From Candidatus Marinacidobacterales bacterium (GTDB lineage Bacteria; Acidobacteriota; Vicinamibacteria; Marinacidobacterales; SMYC01): DNA of 64,000 bases. Each line of letters begins with the position of its first letter. The stretch's first letter is position 1. The DNA lies in the NCBI GenBank assembly GCA_965237955.1, contig OZ250169.1, positions 4,416,001 through 4,480,000 of the forward strand, written 5' to 3'. Below the pieces are notes generated by a model. It made no database searches and was not told the origin of the DNA. It saw only the letters and a program-made list of their open reading frames with translations. The position numbers and the translations under genes were made by a program. Shown here piece after piece: positions 60,636-64,000 of this stretch.

Positions 60636-61114
60636 AGGGACTCGCCGAGCGCGCGATGGAGCAGATCCCGAGCGCGGACGGGTTCCACTTCGAGCTCGAC
60701 GAGGCCTCGAACTCGATCGCCGTTCTCATCCAGCACCTGAGCGGCAACATGGTTTCCCGGTGGACCGACTTCCTGACGTCGGACGGCGAGAAGCCAACCC
60801 GTCATCGAGACGCCGAGTTCGGGTCGAACCCGGAACGAACCCGCGACGAGCTCCTGAAAATTTGGGAACGCGGCTGGTCGTCACTCTTCGAATCACTCGG
60901 TGCGCTCGCCGCGGAGGACCTCGACAAGACGGTCGTCATCCGCGGCGAAGAGCACACGGTGCTCGAAGCTATCCAGCGACAAATCGCCCATGCTTCGTAT
61001 CACATCGGCCAACTCGTTTACGTTGCCCGACTTGTCAGCGCAGAAGGATGGCAGAGCTTGAGCATCCGGAAAGGCCAATCGGGAAGTGCGACCGGACGCT
61101 ACAAGAAGCTTTGA
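60581..61114 (+). CDS. DUF1572/DinB-family protein
   Basis: SNSIAVLIQHLSGNMVSRWTDFLTSDGEK and HASYHIGQ. Confidence 0.9.
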   Translation: MEFRQHYLENARFEFQRMKGLAERAMEQIPSADGFHFELDEASNSIAVLIQHLSGNMVSRWTDFLTSDGEKPTRHRDAEFGSNPERTRDELLKIWERGWSSLFESLGALAAEDLDKTVVIRGEEHTVLEAIQRQIAHASYHIGQLVYVARLVSAEGWQSLSIRKGQSGSATGRYKKL

Positions 61115-61124
61115 CGTCAGGGGC

Positions 61125-61343
61125 CCCGAGACCGTCCCAGATAGCCTCGAGCTGAAGCGTCTTAAGCTCTTCGAGCTGGGCGTCGGTGACCTCCACATCG
61201 CGCGAGCTCGCCAACATATCCATGCGCGGCGAGTACGTGGTGCGATTCGCCCGAAACCCTTTGGATGGTTCGACGTCCTGCGCGAAGGCCGCAAGCGAGC
61301 CAACGACCAAGACGACGATGGTTAGTAAGATTAGATTCCTCAT
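61125..61343 (-). pseudogene. Truncated secreted protein, possibly an RraA-family N-terminus
   Basis: RBS GGAGG, signal peptide and VTDAQLEELKTLQLEAIWDGL, then runs into the convergent gene. Confidence 0.4.
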
Positions 61344-61414
61344 GTGAATCCCTCCGGCTATAAAGGCACGGTGCGTAGGATAACCGAGCCGCCCAGAAGT
61401 TATAATCCCCGTAC

Positions 61415-62065
61415 ATGAAAAAACGTTTTCTAATGTGTGTCATCGCGCTCGTCTCGGCAGGCGCTTGCTCGTCTCGGCAGCCGCCACGAACCCCCGGAAC
61501 GCCGCCATCTCGCGTGGACGAAGGTCTCGCGTCTTGGTACGGCCTCGAAGAAGCGGGACGCGCCACGGCGAGCGGTGAGGCCATGGCACCCGAAAAACTG
61601 ACCGCGGCCCACAAAACACTTCCCTTCGGCTCGCTCGTGCGCGTCACCGATCTCGACACCGGAAAGCAAGTCGAGGTCATCATCAACGATCGCGGCCCGT
61701 TCGTCGGTGGCCGTATCATCGATCTCTCTTTCGCTGCGGCGCGCGACCTCGGCATCGTCGACAAGGGCGTTGCGAGGGTGCGCATCGAGGTGATCGGTCT
61801 CGAAGGTCCGCTCGCCGAGAGACGATGGCGCGTTCAGGTCGGCTCGTTCACGGACATGACCACCGCGACCGAGCTTTCGATGCTCTTGCAGGCGGAAGGC
61901 TACTCTTTCGTCTTGGTCTCCGAGTTCGAGGATGGAGGCATGCTCTACTACCGCGTCTGGGTCGGCGAGTTTCGGGAACGCGACGGCGCCGAGCGCCTTC
62001 AACGACAGCTCCAGCGAAACGGCCACCAAGGCTTCGCTTTGCTGGCTGCGGCCAGCAGTCGCTAG
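61415..62065 (+). CDS. rlpA: Septal ring lytic transglycosylase RlpA with SPOR domain
   Basis: Lipobox, GLASWYG, TAAHKTLPFG, INDRGPF, RIIDLS and VQVGSF. Confidence 0.93.
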   Translation: MKKRFLMCVIALVSAGACSSRQPPRTPGTPPSRVDEGLASWYGLEEAGRATASGEAMAPEKLTAAHKTLPFGSLVRVTDLDTGKQVEVIINDRGPFVGGRIIDLSFAAARDLGIVDKGVARVRIEVIGLEGPLAERRWRVQVGSFTDMTTATELSMLLQAEGYSFVLVSEFEDGGMLYYRVWVGEFRERDGAERLQRQLQRNGHQGFALLAAASSR

Positions 62066-62739
62066 CGGTTCACGCCTCGGCGCGGACATAGCTCCGCCAC
62101 CGCGCACACGTCGCACTTCGGGCCGATGGGCCGGCAGACCAGCTGCCCGTGCGCTACCAGGAGCAGGTTGACTCGAGCGCGCCAGCGCACCGGCACTAGC
62201 GGGCTAAGCGTTTGCTCGGTCTTCTCCGGTGTCTTCGTTCGAACCCAATCCAATCGGTTCGAGATGCGGTGCACGTGGGTGTCGACCGCCACTGCGGGCT
62301 TGCCGAAGCAGTGCGCGAGGATCAGATTCGCGCACTTGGGTCCGATTCCCGGAAGGGCCACGAGTCCCTCGCGGGTCCCGGGAACCTTACCGCCCTGATC
62401 GATGATTGCCTGAGATAGAGCCCGGAGCGTGCGCGCTTTCTGCCGATAGAAGCCCGCGCCGTACAACATGCGTTCGAGCCGACGGGTCGGAAGCGCTCGT
62501 AGCTCTTCCGGCGTTCTCGCCTCTGCAAAGATCTTTCGGCACACTACGGTTGTCTGCTCGTCGCGGACGCGCTGGCTGACGAGACAGCTCACGAGCTCCA
62601 TGAACGGCGACGTCCGGCGCGAAAATGGCCCCGCGTAGACGGGCGCTTCCCGATAACGTCCCTTGCGGGTCTCGCGCGCGAGCGTTTTGAGGACTTCGAC
62701 GATCCGTCGTTCGCGAGGGAGGCGTTTCGTGGTGCTCAA
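62062..62739 (-). CDS. nth: Endonuclease III
   Basis: HhH LPGIGPKCA, VDTHVHRISNRL and C-x6-C-x2-C-x5-C. Confidence 0.93.
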   Translation of the reverse strand: MSTTKRLPRERRIVEVLKTLARETRKGRYREAPVYAGPFSRRTSPFMELVSCLVSQRVRDEQTTVVCRKIFAEARTPEELRALPTRRLERMLYGAGFYRQKARTLRALSQAIIDQGGKVPGTREGLVALPGIGPKCANLILAHCFGKPAVAVDTHVHRISNRLDWVRTKTPEKTEQTLSPLVPVRWRARVNLLLVAHGQLVCRPIGPKCDVCAVAELCPRRGVNR

Positions 62740-62767
62740 GGCATCCAGAGAATAATATGGAAGCGCA

Positions 62768-64000
62768 GTGAGCAGGTACCGTATCGCCCTCGCACTTCTC
62801 CTCGCGTCCGCTGCCGCTTCGGCCGCGCAGACGGAGTCCCTTGCCGACGAGCAGGAGAAGTGGCTCGAAGAAGACGTCCGCTACATCATCACCGAGCGCG
62901 AGCGCGAGCTCTTCCGGTCGCTCGAAACGCTGGACGAGCGCGCACGCTTCATCACTGCCTTTTGGGCGAAGCGCGACCCGAACCGCACCACACCCGGCAA
63001 CGAGCTCAAGGACGAGCACTATCGTCGCATCGACTACGCGAACGAGTTCCTCGGGAGGGAAAGCTTTCTGCCGGGTTGGCGCACCGATCGCGGCCGCTAC
63101 TACATCATCCTGGGCGAGCCGAGAACGATACAAAGGTTCTACGGCAGAAACGCGCTCAAAGAGGCCGAGCTGTGGTTCTTTCAAGGTCAGGAAGGTCGCG
63201 GTCTTCCTGCTTTTTTCTACCTGTTGTTTTTCAAGCGCGACGAGGTCGGTGACTACCGGCTCTACCATCCTCTAATCGACGGCCCCGCGTCGCTTCTCCG
63301 CGGAACCGACATCAGCCGCGCGACGGACAACCTCGCTGCGGTCGAGAGGCTCGAGGAAATCGATACCGAGCTTGCGCACGCATCGCTTTCACTCGATGCC
63401 GGTGAACCGCCGGACTTGCTCACTGGCCGTGCTGCGGTTGGTGTCGATGCCCTGATAGCGCGCATCGAGGACTCTCCCAAGCGCGCCATCAACACGGACT
63501 ACATCGACGCGTGGACGGAGTACGGCAAGCGCGTCTCCGCCGAGTACTCGTTCAACTTCGTACCGAGCCGGCACCTCTTCGCCGTGATGGTAGGCCCCGA
63601 AGGGACGCCCATCGTCCACTACAGCATCGAGCTCGATCCGACGAGCTTCGGGCTTGAGACCGACGAAGACCAATCCAAGTTTTACACCACGCTCGATGTC
63701 ACCGTCGAGGCCACCAATTCCGATGGGATTCTCGTTCACTCGACAGCACGGTCGACGTTTATCGAGCTCACCCCGCAACAAGTGGAAGAAATCCAAACCG
63801 CGCCCGTCGCCTATCAGGACGATTTCCCACTCGTTCCTGGCACGTACGCGATTTCGGTCATCGCGCGAAACCGGGCCTTGAAGAACTACACCGTCGCCGA
63901 GGCGGACCTAGAGATACCCGAGCTCGCGCCACTAACACTAAAAATGACGCCCGCGATCGTCGACGTCATTCTTTGCCACCAAGCCACGGTCTCCGCCGAA
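62768..64000 (+). CDS. GWxTD domain-containing protein (partial)
   Basis: Manual translation: signal peptide, KWLEEDVRYII, FWAKRDP, EHYRRIDYAN and PGWRTDRGRYYIILGEP; no stop in window. Confidence 0.9.
   Translation, partial: MSRYRIALALLLASAAASAAQTESLADEQEKWLEEDVRYIITERERELFRSLETLDERARFITAFWAKRDPNRTTPGNELKDEHYRRIDYANEFLGRESFLPGWRTDRGRYYIILGEPRTIQRFYGRNALKEAELWFFQGQEGRGLPAFFYLLFFKRDEVGDYRLYHPLIDGPASLLRGTDISRATDNLAAVERLEEIDTELAHASLSLDAGEPPDLLTGRAAVGVDALIARIEDSPKRAINTDYIDAWTEYGKRVSAEYSFNFVPSRHLFAVMVGPEGTPIVHYSIELDPTSFGLETDEDQSKFYTTLDVTVEATNSDGILVHSTARSTFIELTPQQVEEIQTAPVAYQDDFPLVPGTYAISVIARNRALKNYTVAEADLEIPELAPLTLKMTPAIVDVILCHQATVSAE

Overview
GC-rich bacterial chromosomal segment, probably Acidobacteriota (inferred from a GWxTD protein, Ser/Thr kinase-beta-propeller relics, DUF4388/TPR proteins and an Rrf2 of the MxITAQEEYGLRCL type). 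Housekeeping and metabolic genes include tkt, etfAB, pruA, kynA/kynU, orn, nth, rlpA, a SorAB-like sulfite dehydrogenase and a TPAT-type TRAP transporter. Accessory content: (i) a type III PKS-methyltransferase-ACP-FAAL lipid cluster with a LolA-like protein and an ABC permease, whose probable ATPase lies 8.2 kb away across a block flanked by a 5-bp repeat; (ii) an Rrf2 Fe-S regulator translationally coupled to an alternative sigma-70 factor; (iii) an operon of GT2, nucleosidase-like protein, TauE and an SPL-like radical SAM enzyme that seems to lack the canonical SPL H-transfer residues, the best candidate for an undescribed pathway; (iv) mobile elements: an IS1182 carrying an AbrB-like gene and a nested IS3, a tnpA-less IS607 whose TnpB lacks the RuvC-I Asp inserted in yigZ, and a 125-bp MITE in a J-domain/TPR gene. 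Many frameshifted, internally deleted or relic genes suggest ongoing decay, although some single-base indels may be sequencing errors. No rRNA, tRNA or CRISPR array was seen. All family assignments come from motif recognition by eye, not database searches.
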